From the NCBI RefSeq assembly GCF_024298765.1, contig NZ_CP101210.1: a stretch of DNA of 64,000 nt; one strand, given 5' to 3'. Made by a program: the position numbers and the translations under genes. Positions 43,262 to 55,152 of this stretch are shown here, piece after piece (positions within the stretch are counted from its first letter, which is position 1; the number at the start of each line of letters is the position of its first letter). The notes beneath the pieces were generated by a model that saw only the letters and a list, made by a program, of their open reading frames with translations, had not been told where the DNA came from and ran no database searches. The DNA is from Escherichia coli (GTDB lineage: Bacteria; Pseudomonadota; Gammaproteobacteria; Enterobacterales; Enterobacteriaceae).

Positions 43262-44278
43262 ATGTCCACATTACGCCTGCTCATCTCTGACTCTTACGAC
43301 CCGTGGTTTAACCTGGCGGTGGAGGAGTGTATTTTTCGCCAGATGCCCGCCACGCAGCGCGTTCTGTTTCTCTGGCGCAATGCCGACACGGTAGTGATTG
43401 GTCGCGCGCAGAACCCGTGGAAAGAGTGTAATACCCGGCGGATGGAAGAAGATAACGTCCGCCTGGCGCGGCGCAGTAGCGGTGGCGGCGCGGTGTTCCA
43501 CGATCTCGGCAATACCTGCTTTACCTTTATGGCTGGCAAGCCGGAGTACGATAAAACCATCTCCACGTCGATTGTGCTCAATGCTCTGAACGCGCTCGGC
43601 GTCAGCGCCGAAGCGTCCGGACGTAACGATCTGGTGGTGAAAACCGCCGAAGGCGACCGCAAAGTCTCAGGCTCAGCCTATCGCGAAACCAAAGATCGCG
43701 GCTTCCATCACGGCACCTTGCTACTCAATGCCGACCTTAGCCGCCTGGCAAACTATCTCAATCCGGATAAAAAGAAACTGGCGGCGAAAGGCATTACCTC
43801 AGTGCGTTCCCGTGTGACCAATCTGACCGAATTGCTGCCGGGGATCACCCATGAGCAGATTTGCGAGGCCATAACCGAGGCCTTTTTCGCCCATTATGGC
43901 GAGCGCGTGGAAGCGGAAATCATCTCCCCGGACAAAACGCCAGACTTGCCAAACTTCGCCGAAACCTTTGCCCGCCAGAGTAGCTGGGAATGGAACTTCG
44001 GTCAGGCTCCGGCATTCTCGCATCTGCTGGATGAACGCTTTACCTGGGGCGGCGTGGAACTGCATTTCGACGTTGAAAAAGGCCATATCACCCGCGCCCA
44101 GGTGTTTACCGACAGCCTCAACCCCGCGCCGCTGGAAGCCCTCGCCGGGCGACTGCAAGGCTGTCTGTACCGCGCGGATATGCTGCAACAGGAGTGCGAA
44201 GCGCTGCTGGTTGACTTCCCGGAACAGGAAAAAGAGCTACGGGAGTTGTCAGCGTGGATGGCAGGGGCGGTAAGGTAA
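43262..44278 (+). CDS. lplA: lipoate-protein ligase A
   Basis: 338 aa [57 protein letters not shown]... Confidence 0.96.
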   Translation: MSTLRLLISDSYDPWFNLAVEECIFRQMPATQRVLFLWRNADTVVIGRAQNPWKECNTRRMEEDNVRLARRSSGGGAVFHDLGNTCFTFMAGKPEYDKTISTSIVLNALNALGVSAEASGRNDLVVKTAEGDRKVSGSAYRETKDRGFHHGTLLLNADLSRLANYLNPDKKKLAAKGITSVRSRVTNLTELLPGITHEQICEAITEAFFAHYGERVEAEIISPDKTPDLPNFAETFARQSSWEWNFGQAPAFSHLLDERFTWGGVELHFDVEKGHITRAQVFTDSLNPAPLEALAGRLQGCLYRADMLQQECEALLVDFPEQEKELRELSAWMAGAVR

Positions 44279-44309
44279 CTCGCTGATTAAAATATCCAGG
44301 GAAGGAAAT

Positions 44310-44573
44310 ATGATCGATCTGGAAAACCAGGAACGGGAGATTATCAATTTAATGTTCAGCCAGGGTATATCCTGGCTAACCGCCGTGCGTATCAGGCATA
44401 AATTATCGCTTGCTGAAGTAAGTAAAATGTTAGGTATCTCCATTAATTCTCTAAAACAGATCGAAAAGACGGAACGGCTTAGTTCAAACATCAAAAGCAA
44501 AATGGCAGGAATTTATGGTTGTCCACCAGAGTTGCTGATATGCCCTTCCTGGATGACGGCTGAACATAAATGA
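44310..44573 (+). CDS. small HTH (XRE-like) DNA-binding protein, uncharacterised
   Basis: 87 aa MIDLENQEREIINLMFSQGISWLTAVRIRHKLSLAEVSKMLGISINSLKQIEKTERLSS...; AGGAA RBS about 7 nt upstream of the ATG; HTH-like LSLAEVSKMLGISINSLKQIE. Confidence 0.6.
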   Translation: MIDLENQEREIINLMFSQGISWLTAVRIRHKLSLAEVSKMLGISINSLKQIEKTERLSSNIKSKMAGIYGCPPELLICPSWMTAEHK

Positions 44574-44603
44574 ATAGATTCGTGAATAGATACTTGAATG
44601 GAT
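44572..44603. repeat. tandem 9-mer TGAATAGAT repeated at 12-bp spacing (third copy TGAATGGAT)
   Basis: tgaatagattcgtgaatagatacttgaatggat read directly; an extra TGAATAGAT copy lies near 44660. Confidence 0.6.
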
Positions 44604-44675
44604 TTTATTTTCTATCCATATGAAAAATAATAGTAAATCTATAAATCAGTTGCTATTGATGAATAGATACTAAAA

Positions 44676-44701
44676 AGCCGGAGCAGTCTCCCGCTCCGGC
44701 T
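44676..44701. terminator. hairpin terminator downstream of deoD
   Basis: gccggagcagtctcccgctccggc perfect inverted repeat about 30 nt after the deoD stop. Confidence 0.55.
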
Positions 44702-44733
44702 TCACAAGGCAATCGCCTTTCAGCAAAACACAA

Positions 44734-45453
44734 TTACTCTTTATCGCCCAACAGAACGGATTCCAGTGCGATTTTGATCATGTCGTTGAAGGTGGTCTGA
44801 CGCTCAGCGGCAGTGGTCTGCTCGTGAGTGCGGATGTGGTCAGACACGGTGCAGATGGTCAGGGCTTTCGCGCCAAATTCTGCAGCGACGCCGTAGATGC
44901 CAGCGGCTTCCATTTCCACGCCGAGGATGCCGTATTTTTCCATCACGTCGAACATTTCGCCGTCCGGAGAGTAGAACAGGTCAGCGGAGAACAGGTTACC
45001 AACGCGAGCATCAACGCCCAGTGCTTTAGCCGCGTCTACCGCGTTACGCACCATGTCGAAGTCAGCGATAGCGGCAAAGTCATGGTCTTTAAAACGGATG
45101 CGGTTAACTTTGGAATCGGTGCAGGCACCCATACCGATAACGACGTCGCGCAGTTTTACGTGCGGCAGAACAGCGCCACAGGAACCAACGCGGATAATTT
45201 TCTTCACGCCGAAATCGGTGATCAGTTCTTTGGTGTAGATGGAGCAGGACGGGATACCCATACCGTGGCCCATTACGGAAATTTTGCGGCCTTTGTAAGT
45301 ACCGGTGAAGCCCAGCATACCGCGAACGTTGTTCACTTCACGGGCATCTTCAAGGAAAGTTTCAGCAATATACTTCGCACGCAGCGGGTCGCCTGGCATC
45401 AAAACTACGTCAGCGAAATCGCCCATTTCTGCATTAATGTGTGGGGTAGCCAT
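44734..45453 (-). CDS. deoD: purine nucleoside phosphorylase
   Basis: 239 aa [69 protein letters not shown]. Confidence 0.97.
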   Translation of the reverse strand: MATPHINAEMGDFADVVLMPGDPLRAKYIAETFLEDAREVNNVRGMLGFTGTYKGRKISVMGHGMGIPSCSIYTKELITDFGVKKIIRVGSCGAVLPHVKLRDVVIGMGACTDSKVNRIRFKDHDFAAIADFDMVRNAVDAAKALGVDARVGNLFSADLFYSPDGEMFDVMEKYGILGVEMEAAGIYGVAAEFGAKALTICTVSDHIRTHEQTTAAERQTTFNDMIKIALESVLLGDKE

Positions 45454-45464
45454 TGTTTTATCCT

Positions 45465-45530
45465 TATCAACATGTTTTCACCCTCTCCCTGTGGGAGAGG
45501 GCCGGGGTGAGGGCATCAAGCCGCACCCAT
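45465..45530. repeat. BoxC-like intergenic repeat
   Basis: caccctctccctgtgggagagggccggggtgagggcatcaagccgcaccc between deoD and deoB. Confidence 0.55.
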
Positions 45531-45532
45531 TA

Positions 45533-46777
<1,245 letters not shown>

Positions 46778-46807
46778 TCAAATTTAAATGATCAGATCAG
46801 TATACCG

Positions 46808-48130
46808 TTATTCGCTGATACGGCGATAGACAGTTGGTGTGCTTTCCGGTGCTTTATCGGCAAGTTTAATTGCCGCTTTCACCGCTTTCGCCGCTTCCTG
46901 CCAGCTGTTTTCGTCTTTCGCGTGGATAACTGCCAGCGGACGCTGACCGTCTACCTGGTCGCCCAGACGCGCCATATCAGTAAAGCCGACGCTGTAATCG
47001 ATGGTGTCAGATGCCTGACGGCGTCCGCCGCCCATTGCAACCACTGCCATCCCCAGCGCGCGGGTATCCATTTCACTGACAAACCCTTCGGTATCAGCAT
47101 AGACTGCTTTCGTCAGCATCGCTGTCGGCAGATACTTCGCGTAGTTCTCAACGAAGTCGGTCGGGCCTTTTTGTGCCGCTACCATACGACCAAAGACTTC
47201 TGCCGCTTTACCGTTGTCCAGCACCGCCTGCAATTTCGCGCGCGCTTCGGCGTCATCTTTCGCCAGTTTGCCGGAGATCAGCATCTCCACGCACAGTGCC
47301 ATCGTGACATCAAACAGACGCGGGTTACGATATTCACCCGTCAGGAACTGCACCGCTTCACGAACTTCAACCGCGTTACCTGCACTGGAGGCCAGTACCT
47401 GATTCATATCGGTGAGCAGCGCGGTGGTGCGCACGCCAGCGCCGTTAGCCACGCCAACAATCGCTTCGGCAAGGGCTTCAGAGAGTTCGTAGGTCGGCAT
47501 AAACGCGCCGCTACCTACTTTCACGTCCATCACCAGCGCGTCCAGACCTTCCGCCAGTTTCTTCGCCAGAATAGAGGCAGTGATCAGCGGGATGGAGTCC
47601 ACGGTTGCGGTAATATCACGGGTCGCGTAGAAACGTTTATCCGCCGGAGCCAGTGAGCTGGTCTGGCCGATAATCGCCACGCCGACGTCTTTAATAATTT
47701 CGCGGAAACGGTTGTCATCCGGGAAAATGTCGAAGCCAGGGATGGATTCCAGTTTGTCGAGCGTACCGCCAGTATGACCGAGGCCGCGACCGGAGATCAT
47801 CGGAATATAGCCGCCGCAGGCTGCGACCATCGGCCCCAACATCAGCGAAGTGACATCGCCGACGCCGCCGGTCGAGTGTTTATCAACAATCGGGCCATTC
47901 AGATGCAGGCTTTTCCAGTCGAGAACGGTTCCTGAATCTCGCATAGCCATGGTCAGCGAGACACGCTCAGGCATTGTCATATCGTGGAAGAAAATGGTCA
48001 TCGCGAGGGCGGCAATCTGCCCTTCGGAGATAGTGTTGTCGCGAATACCGTTGATAAAGAAACGAATTTCTTCATCGCTTAGCGCATGACCATCACGTTT
48101 TTTACGAATAATTTCTTGTGCGAGAAACAA
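46808..48130 (-). CDS. deoA: thymidine phosphorylase
   Basis: 440 aa [48 protein letters not shown]... Confidence 0.97.
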
Positions 48131-48164
48131 GGTAACCTCCCGAGGAAAAGAGTATGAGGCGGCT

Positions 48165-48245
48165 TTTGCCGGATGCGTCTACGCCTTATCCGGCCTACGG
48201 GTAGATACGTCTCGTAGGCCTGATAAGCGCAGCGCATCAGGCGTA
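48165..48245. repeat. REP elements (inverted pair) between deoA and deoC
   Basis: gccggatgcgtctacgccttatccggcctac ... gtaggcctgataagcgcagcgcatcaggcg. Confidence 0.8.
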
Positions 48246-48256
48246 AAGCATCTTAC

Positions 48257-49036
48257 TTAGTAGCTGCTGGCGCTCTTACCGTCACCGTGGCCCAGCGCTT
48301 TCAACAGGCTTGCCAGCAGGCTGGAAGCACCAAAGCGGTAGTGACGCGCATCTGCCCAGTCAGCACCGAACAGTTCATCTGCGATGGCGAGATATTTCTG
48401 CGCATCTTCCGCAGTACGCACGCCGCCCGCTGGTTTGAAACCAACGGTTTTTTCTACGCCCATATCACGGATCACTTCCATCATGATGCGCGCGCTTTCC
48501 GGCGTCGCGTTCACAGCCACTTTACCGGTAGAGGTTTTGATGAAGTCCGCACCCGCTTTGATGGAGATTTCAGACGCTTTACGGATCAGCGCTTCGTCTT
48601 TCAGTTCGCCGGTTTCGATGATCACTTTCAGCAGTACATTCGCTGCCGCGCAAGCCTCTTTACAGGCTTTCACCAGGTCAAAACCAACCTGCTCGTTACC
48701 CGCCATCAGCGCGCGGTACGGGAACACAACGTCAACTTCATCAGCACCGTAGGCGATTGCCGCACGGGTTTCTGCCAGCGCGATTTCGATGTCATCGTTA
48801 CCGTGTGGGAAGTTGGTTACCGTAGCGATTCGGATTTCCGGGGTGCCCTGCTCTTTCAGCGTTTTGCGAGCAATCGGGATAAAGCGAGGATAGATACAGA
48901 TAGCGGCGGTATTGCCGACCGGAGTTTTGGCCTGATGACACAGAGCAATTACTTTCTCGTCGGTGTCGTCGTCATTCAGGGTGGTCAGGTCCATCAATTT
49001 CAGTGCACGCAGGCTGCTTGCTTTCAGATCAGTCAT
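48257..49036 (-). CDS. deoC: deoxyribose-phosphate aldolase
   Basis: ORF 48257..49060; known start [29 protein letters not shown] at an internal ATG; 259 aa. Confidence 0.96.
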
Positions 49037-49293
49037 TTCATTCTCCTGGCTTGTCGCCAATAAAATTCACCTTGCGAGTTTGTTAGTATTCTAACATCTA
49101 CTCCGCAACACACTTCGATATACATCACAATTAAGGAAATCTACTTACAAGTTTGCATCACTGTAATGCGATCTGGTTCAAATAATTCACTTTCAAATGA
49201 ATGCGTCAGTGGTGGCAAACGCATCAGGATCAAAGTGAACATCACGAAACTTCTTACAATGGCGCATCACCTTCGGCATAAAAGGAAAAGAAG

Positions 49294-50844
49294 ATGCCCA
49301 CTTCTCATGAAAATGCACTGCAACAACGTTGCCAGCAAATTGTCACCAGCCCAGTGCTTAGCCCGGAGCAGAAGCGCCATTTTCTGGCTCTGGAAGCAGA
49401 AAACAATCTGCCTTATCCGCAGCTTCCTGCCGAAGCCCGCCGCGCGCTGGATGAGGGTGTAATCTGCGATATGTTTGAAGGTCATGCGCCGTACAAACCG
49501 CGCTATGTCTTACCCGATTACGCCCGTTTTCTGGCGAACGGTTCCGAATGGCTGGAGCTGGAAGGCGCGAAAGATCTTGATGATGCACTCTCTCTGCTGA
49601 CCATTCTTTACCACCACGTACCATCGGTCACATCGATGCCGGTCTACCTGGGGCAACTGGATGCGTTGTTGCAACCGTATGTTAGAATTCTAACACAAGA
49701 CGAGATCGATATTCGAATAAAACGTTTCTGGCGTTACCTCGACAGAACCCTGCCAGACGCCTTTATGCACGCCAATATCGGCCCGTCTGATTCGCCCATT
49801 ACCCGCGCGATCTTACGTGCAGACGCAGAGTTGAAGCAGGTTTCACCGAACCTGACCTTTATCTACGATCCTGAAATCACCCCTGATGACCTACTGCTGG
49901 AAGTGGCGAAGAACATCTGTGAATGTAGCAAACCGCACATCGCCAACGGTCCGGTGCATGATAAAATTTTCACAAAAGGGGGCTACGGGATTGTGAGCTG
50001 TTACAACTCACTGCCGCTGGCGGGTGGTGGCAGCACGCTGGTACGCCTTAACCTGAAAGCCATTGCCGAGCGCAGTGAATCGCTGGATGACTTCTTTACA
50101 CGCACTCTACCGCACTACTGCCAGCAGCAGATCGCCATCATCGATGCGCGGTGTGAATTCCTCTATCAACAATCACACTTCTTTGAGAATAGCTTCCTGG
50201 TGAAAGAAGGGCTGATTAACCCTGAACGTTTTGTGCCAATGTTTGGCATGTACGGATTGGCGGAAGCAGTTAACTTACTGTGTGAGAAAGAAGGAATTGT
50301 CGCACGTTACGGTAAAGAAGCCGCTGCAAATGAAGTGGGTTATCGCATCAGCGCGCAACTGGCGGAGTTTGTCGCCAATACCCCCGTGAAATATGGCTGG
50401 CAAAAACGCGCCATGCTACACGCACAGTCGGGGATCAGTTCCGATATTGGCACCACGCCGGGTGCACGCTTGCCGTATGGTGATGAGCCAGATCCGATCA
50501 CCCATCTGCAAACCGTCGCCCCGCATCATGCTTATTATTATTCCGGCATCAGCGACATTCTGACGCTCGACGAAACCATCAAACGTAATCCGCAGGCGCT
50601 GGTACAGCTTTGCCTCGGTGCCTTTAAAGCCGGAATGCGTGAATTTACCGCCAATGTCAGCGGTAACGATCTGGTTCGCGTTACCGGTTATATGGTGCGT
50701 TTGTCGGATTTAGAAAAATATCGCGCCGAAGGTTCACGCACCAACACCACCTGGCTGGGAGAAGAAGCCGCACGCAACACTCGTATTCTGGAACGCCAGC
50801 CGCGCGTGATAAGCCATGAACAGCAGATGCGCTTTAGTCAGTAA
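49294..50844 (+). CDS. yjjI: glycyl-radical-enzyme-like protein YjjI (DUF3029)
   Basis: 516 aa [44 protein letters not shown]... Confidence 0.88.
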   Translation: MPTSHENALQQRCQQIVTSPVLSPEQKRHFLALEAENNLPYPQLPAEARRALDEGVICDMFEGHAPYKPRYVLPDYARFLANGSEWLELEGAKDLDDALSLLTILYHHVPSVTSMPVYLGQLDALLQPYVRILTQDEIDIRIKRFWRYLDRTLPDAFMHANIGPSDSPITRAILRADAELKQVSPNLTFIYDPEITPDDLLLEVAKNICECSKPHIANGPVHDKIFTKGGYGIVSCYNSLPLAGGGSTLVRLNLKAIAERSESLDDFFTRTLPHYCQQQIAIIDARCEFLYQQSHFFENSFLVKEGLINPERFVPMFGMYGLAEAVNLLCEKEGIVARYGKEAAANEVGYRISAQLAEFVANTPVKYGWQKRAMLHAQSGISSDIGTTPGARLPYGDEPDPITHLQTVAPHHAYYYSGISDILTLDETIKRNPQALVQLCLGAFKAGMREFTANVSGNDLVRVTGYMVRLSDLEKYRAEGSRTNTTWLGEEAARNTRILERQPRVISHEQQMRFSQ

Positions 50845-51679
50845 GATTATCCCCTTCTCCTGCGTTGACGGGCCAGGCAGTCGTCTGGCTCTGTTTTTGC
50901 AGGGCTGCAATCTGCGCTGCAAAAACTGTCACAATCCGTGGACGATGGGGCGCTGTAATGATTGCGGAGAGTGCGTGCCGCAGTGTCCGCATCAGGCGTT
51001 GCAGATTGTTAACGGCAAAGTGGTGTGGAACGCTGTGGTTTGCGAGCAATGTGATACCTGCCTGAAGATGTGCCCGCAACATGCCACGCCAATGGCGCAA
51101 TCCATGAGCGTGGATGAGGTGCTTAGCCATATCCGCAAAGCAGTGCTGTTTATTGAAGGGATAACGGTGAGCGGCGGCGAAGCCACGACCCAGCTGCCGT
51201 TTGTGGTGGCGCTGTTTACTGCCATCAAAAACGATCCGCAACTGTGCCATCTCACCTGTCTGGTGGACAGTAACGGTATGTTGAGCGAAACCGGCTGGGA
51301 AAAATTACTTCCGGTGTGCGACGGCGCAATGCTCGATCTCAAAGCGTGGGGGAGCGAATGTCATCAGCAATTAACCGGACGCGATAATCAGCAGATTAAG
51401 CGCAGCATCTGTTTGCTTGCCGAGCGCGGCAAGCTGGCAGAACTGCGTTTGCTGGTAATCCCTGGCCAGGTGGATTATTTGCAACACATCGAAGAACTGG
51501 CGGCGTTTATCAAGGGACTTGGCGATGTTCCGGTACGCCTGAACGCGTTTCATGCCCACGGCGTGTATGGCGAAGCGCAAAGCTGGGCGAGCGCCACGCC
51601 GGAAGATGTTGAGCACCTGGCTGGCGCTTTACAGGAGCGCGGGGTGAGCCGGTTGATATTTCCGGCGCTATATTTGTGA
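50816..51679 (+). CDS. yjjW: radical SAM glycyl-radical enzyme activase YjjW
   Basis: 287 aa; N-terminal CxxxCxxC ([12 protein letters not shown]) plus ferredoxin-like cysteine clusters; overlaps yjjI by 29 nt. Confidence 0.88.
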   Translation: MNSRCALVSKIIPFSCVDGPGSRLALFLQGCNLRCKNCHNPWTMGRCNDCGECVPQCPHQALQIVNGKVVWNAVVCEQCDTCLKMCPQHATPMAQSMSVDEVLSHIRKAVLFIEGITVSGGEATTQLPFVVALFTAIKNDPQLCHLTCLVDSNGMLSETGWEKLLPVCDGAMLDLKAWGSECHQQLTGRDNQQIKRSICLLAERGKLAELRLLVIPGQVDYLQHIEELAAFIKGLGDVPVRLNAFHAHGVYGEAQSWASATPEDVEHLAGALQERGVSRLIFPALYL

Positions 51680-51683
51680 CATG

Positions 51684-51900
51684 CCGGATGTGGCCTACGG
51701 ATCGGCACAGACCTGTAGGCATGATAAGACGCGTCAAGCGTCGCATCAGGCATTGTGCGCCAGCTGCCGGATGCGGCGTGAACGCCTTATCCGGCCTACG
51801 GTTCGGCACAGACTTGTAGGCATGATAAGACGCGTCAGCGTCGCATCAGGCATTGTGCGCCAACGGCCGGATGCGGCGTAAACGCCTTGTCCGGCCTACG
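51684..51900. repeat. BIME: three REP copies separated by two copies of a roughly 65-bp spacer unit
   Basis: Repeated gccggatg(c/t)ggc...cctacgg(a/t)tcggcacagac(c/t)tgtaggcatgataagacgcgtca...gcgtcgcatcaggcattgtgcgcca units. Confidence 0.85.
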
Positions 51901-52675
51901 GCACGTTAAACAACGTATACGTGTTATTAAGCAACACTTCGGCAATTTCATCTTCTGGTTCCGGGCGTAACTCGCAAAGCACGGCAAACACCCGCGCGGC
52001 CTGTTCCGGGCGATTAGGCTGCCCCTGAAAACCGTTGAGCGGCATATCCGGCGCGTCGGTTTCCAGCAACAACGATGCCAGCGGTAATTTTGCGATGACA
52101 TCGCGGGTTTTACTGGCGCGTGGATAGGTGATAGTACCGCCTACGCCGATTTTGTAGCCCAGCAGTACAAACCGTTCGGCCTGTTGCAGGCTGCCGGAAA
52201 AACCGTGAACCACGCCAGTGCGTGGCAAATCGTGGCGTTTAAGATGCATCGCCAGTTTGTCGTGTGTGCGCCGTGAATGCAGGATCACCGGCAGATCGTA
52301 GCGTTTCGCCAGTTTCAGTTGTTCGTCGAGTAACCACTGCTGCCTCTCAAATTGCGGATCGTCGCCGAAGAGATCCAGACCGATCTCCCCCACCGCCACC
52401 ACCTTCGCCGGACGCCTTTCCAGCGCCTGCTGTAGCTGATCAAGAGACACATCGCTATGTTTTTTCAACATACCAGGATGCAAGCCCAATGCGGCATACA
52501 GCGGTTGATATTTTTCCGCTAACGCCTGCACGCGGGCAAAATTTTCCGCCTCTGTCGCCGGAACAATGATCTTGCCTACGCCCGCTTGTGCCGCGCGTTG
52601 CAGGCTGGCCTCTTCATCGCCACTAAACGGCGGAAAATCAAAATGGCAGTGGGTGTCGATAAAACGGCAAATCAA
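51896..52675 (-). CDS. yjjV: TatD-family metal-dependent hydrolase YjjV
   Basis: 259 aa MICRFIDTHCHFDFPPFSGDEEASLQRAAQAGVGKIIVPA..., TatD HxH motif. Confidence 0.9.
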   Translation of the reverse strand: MICRFIDTHCHFDFPPFSGDEEASLQRAAQAGVGKIIVPATEAENFARVQALAEKYQPLYAALGLHPGMLKKHSDVSLDQLQQALERRPAKVVAVGEIGLDLFGDDPQFERQQWLLDEQLKLAKRYDLPVILHSRRTHDKLAMHLKRHDLPRTGVVHGFSGSLQQAERFVLLGYKIGVGGTITYPRASKTRDVIAKLPLASLLLETDAPDMPLNGFQGQPNRPEQAARVFAVLCELRPEPEDEIAEVLLNNTYTLFNVP

Positions 52676-53745
52676 GCCAGATCCTCATTGTTAAATGTCG
52701 GGTCGTTCGCCTGCGGAGCATCGCTCACTTCGGCAACCAGCGTATCGTTGGCGACTGGCGCAGGCGGAATAACGATCGATTCCGGCGTCATCACTGGCAC
52801 CAGATGGCGGGTAAGCGGCGCTTTTTCAGTTAATAACTTACCGACCGTTGCCAGAAAATAACGACCGCATAAACGCCCAAGTTTATAGTCTTCACGCAGC
52901 GCCGGAATCCGACTGCCAAGCGCGATACTATGCAACGGCTTCGGCGGATAAATTTCGAATATCCGCAGCTGGCCCGGTGGTTTCTCAATAAATTGCTGAA
53001 TCTCACGATAGCTGGTTTCATGATGCTGCACCAGATTGACCAGCGGCTGCAGGCTACTGTCACCCAGCCAGCGTTCCATGCGTTTGAACCACTGCGGCGT
53101 GTAGTACATTTGTGACGGCACAGTGCGAATGACGACCAACGTTTTAGCGCCCTGCCTTGCCGCCTCTTTAACCGGAATCGCATCACTGATCCCACCATCC
53201 AGGTAGTTAATGCCTTCCAGCGACACTCCGCTACGATAAAAGCCAGGTATCGCACTGGAGGCGCGAATCACATCCAGCCAGTTTTGTTTGGTTGGTAAAA
53301 AGTAATTCGGCGCATAGTCATCCTGACGACAGGCGCACATATAAAACGATTTGCCGCTGTCAAACAACCGCGCGGCGGTATCCATTTGCAACGGCATCTG
53401 GCTTGCGGTGGCCTCCACCAGCCAGTCGAGATCGATAAGATTTCCTCCACGGACAAAGCGCAATGGATCGAAAAATTCGCGTTTTGTGGTATAGCGCATG
53501 ATGACTTTGCGCGCGTAACCGGGCTGATTGCAGATATACGCCGAGAGGTTCTGCGCCCCGGCAGATGTGCCGAGATAAAGATCGAAAGGATTAAACTGCG
53601 CGCGCATAAACTCATCCAGCACGCCAGCCGTGAAAATTCCACGCTGCCCGCCGCCTTCGCACACCAGAGCTATTCGTCCAGGCTGGAACGGCCTTAGCGA
53701 CAACGGCGCAATGTTACCAAGCGTTACAGGTATTCGCTGCCCCAC
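52672..53745 (-). CDS. yjjU: patatin-like phospholipase YjjU
   Basis: ORF 52672..53781 starts at a TTG; a GTG start at VGQRIP gives 357 aa (chosen from memory of the usual length); patatin motifs GGGQRG and GTSAG. Confidence 0.85.
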   Translation of the reverse strand: MGQRIPVTLGNIAPLSLRPFQPGRIALVCEGGGQRGIFTAGVLDEFMRAQFNPFDLYLGTSAGAQNLSAYICNQPGYARKVIMRYTTKREFFDPLRFVRGGNLIDLDWLVEATASQMPLQMDTAARLFDSGKSFYMCACRQDDYAPNYFLPTKQNWLDVIRASSAIPGFYRSGVSLEGINYLDGGISDAIPVKEAARQGAKTLVVIRTVPSQMYYTPQWFKRMERWLGDSSLQPLVNLVQHHETSYREIQQFIEKPPGQLRIFEIYPPKPLHSIALGSRIPALREDYKLGRLCGRYFLATVGKLLTEKAPLTRHLVPVMTPESIVIPPAPVANDTLVAEVSDAPQANDPTFNNEDLA

Positions 53746-53866
53746 CTCTGCCTTCCTGTTTTTGTTGTGAAAGAATGACAAAGTAACGCAATTTATTATT
53801 CGCTAAAACCGCAAAAGCCAGTCCGCTGGACTGGCTTTGGATAAAATTTTCTTAATGGTCTGAAAT

Positions 53867-54028
53867 CTAGGGTCGTTTTCGGCCCATGAACAAACTCACC
53901 AGGAACAGAATAATCCCGACGACAAAGACAATTTTAGCTGCGCCTGCAGCAGTACCGGCCAGACCACCAAACCCAAGTGCGGCGGCGATTAACGCGATAA
54001 CCAGAAATATGATGCCCCAACGAAACAT
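53867..54028 (-). CDS. ytjA: small membrane protein YtjA (DUF1328)
   Basis: ORF 53867..54058; likely start [53 protein letters not shown]; 53 aa. Confidence 0.8.
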
Positions 54029-54154
54029 AAGCGTCTCCTTTACCATAGTTAATGTCACCGCTTGATATGAGCGTGAAAATCACTCAACGCGATATTTTTA
54101 GTGTGGTGCACATCGCGCCTCCCGACAAAGTTCGGGAGGTCGAATTACGACGAA

Positions 54155-54760
54155 TTACTTAGTTTTCAGATCATTTTTAACGCTTTTCACACCATCTACC
54201 GCTTTGGCGATACTTTCAGCACGGTCGCTCTGTGCATGGGAATCGACGGTACCGGAGAGCTGAACCACGCCGTCGGTGGTTTCAACTTTCACATGACGGG
54301 AAGGGACAATGTCATCCGCCAGCAGTTTGGCTTTGATTTCACTGGTGGTGGCGGTGTCACCCGCGTAGCCCTTCACAGAGCCTTCTTTAGCGTCGCGAAC
54401 GTGCAGTTTGTCGCTGACAGAGGTCACCCCTTCAACGCCTTTCGCCACTTTCACTGCCTCTTCGGCCTGAGCCTGGCTTTCAACGAAACCGCTCAGGGTC
54501 ACGACTTTTTGATCGGTTTTGACAGAGATATCGGTGCTCTTGATGTTGTCATGATCCACCAGGGCCGCCTTCACTTTCGCGGTGATGGCGCTGTCATCCA
54601 TGAAATTACCGACTTTATTCATAGAGCTATCGACTTTTTGCCCTGTGCTTTCATTGGTAGTCTGCGCGTTGTTTTCCGCGTAGGCAGAGCCGGTCGCGAC
54701 GGCAGAGGTCAACATTACAGCCAGCAGAGTTTTCGAAATCTTCAGTCTTGTCATAGTCAT
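54155..54760 (-). CDS. osmY: osmotically inducible periplasmic protein OsmY (two BON domains)
   Basis: ORF 54155..54838; known start [28 protein letters not shown] at an internal ATG; 201 aa. Confidence 0.95.
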   Translation of the reverse strand: MTMTRLKISKTLLAVMLTSAVATGSAYAENNAQTTNESTGQKVDSSMNKVGNFMDDSAITAKVKAALVDHDNIKSTDISVKTDQKVVTLSGFVESQAQAEEAVKVAKGVEGVTSVSDKLHVRDAKEGSVKGYAGDTATTSEIKAKLLADDIVPSRHVKVETTDGVVQLSGTVDSHAQSDRAESIAKAVDGVKSVKNDLKTK

Positions 54761-55115
54761 CGATTTATTCCTGTATGTTTGCTCGTAATTTGAGCCTGGC
54801 AACACGAGGTTGCATTGCTGAATAGGGAGAGACTTCACCCTCTACAGAAGTCAATGGCCGCCATCACAAAAGCGATGGGTGATGAATAACGACCATTACA
54901 GCCTCTGAATCAGTTATTAATATCGGTAGAATGACAATCAACGGCTTTAGATACTGATATCTACGCATTGAACGGTATTTAACGCCGTCAGAAATGTCAT
55001 TACTTTGTTAAATATAGATCACAATTTTGAAACCGCTCGGGATATCAGCGAAAACATAAGCAAAAGTGAATGTTTTAAGAACATTCCGTAAGCGGCTAAT
55101 AAGGAAGGGAAATTG

Positions 55116-55142
55116 ACAGGGCGCAGCGGCTACCGCGCCCTG
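55116..55142 (-). terminator. hairpin downstream of prfC
   Basis: cagggcgcagcggctaccgcgccctgg inverted repeat about 10 nt after the prfC stop. Confidence 0.4.
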
Positions 55143-55152
55143 GAGGCAAGAA

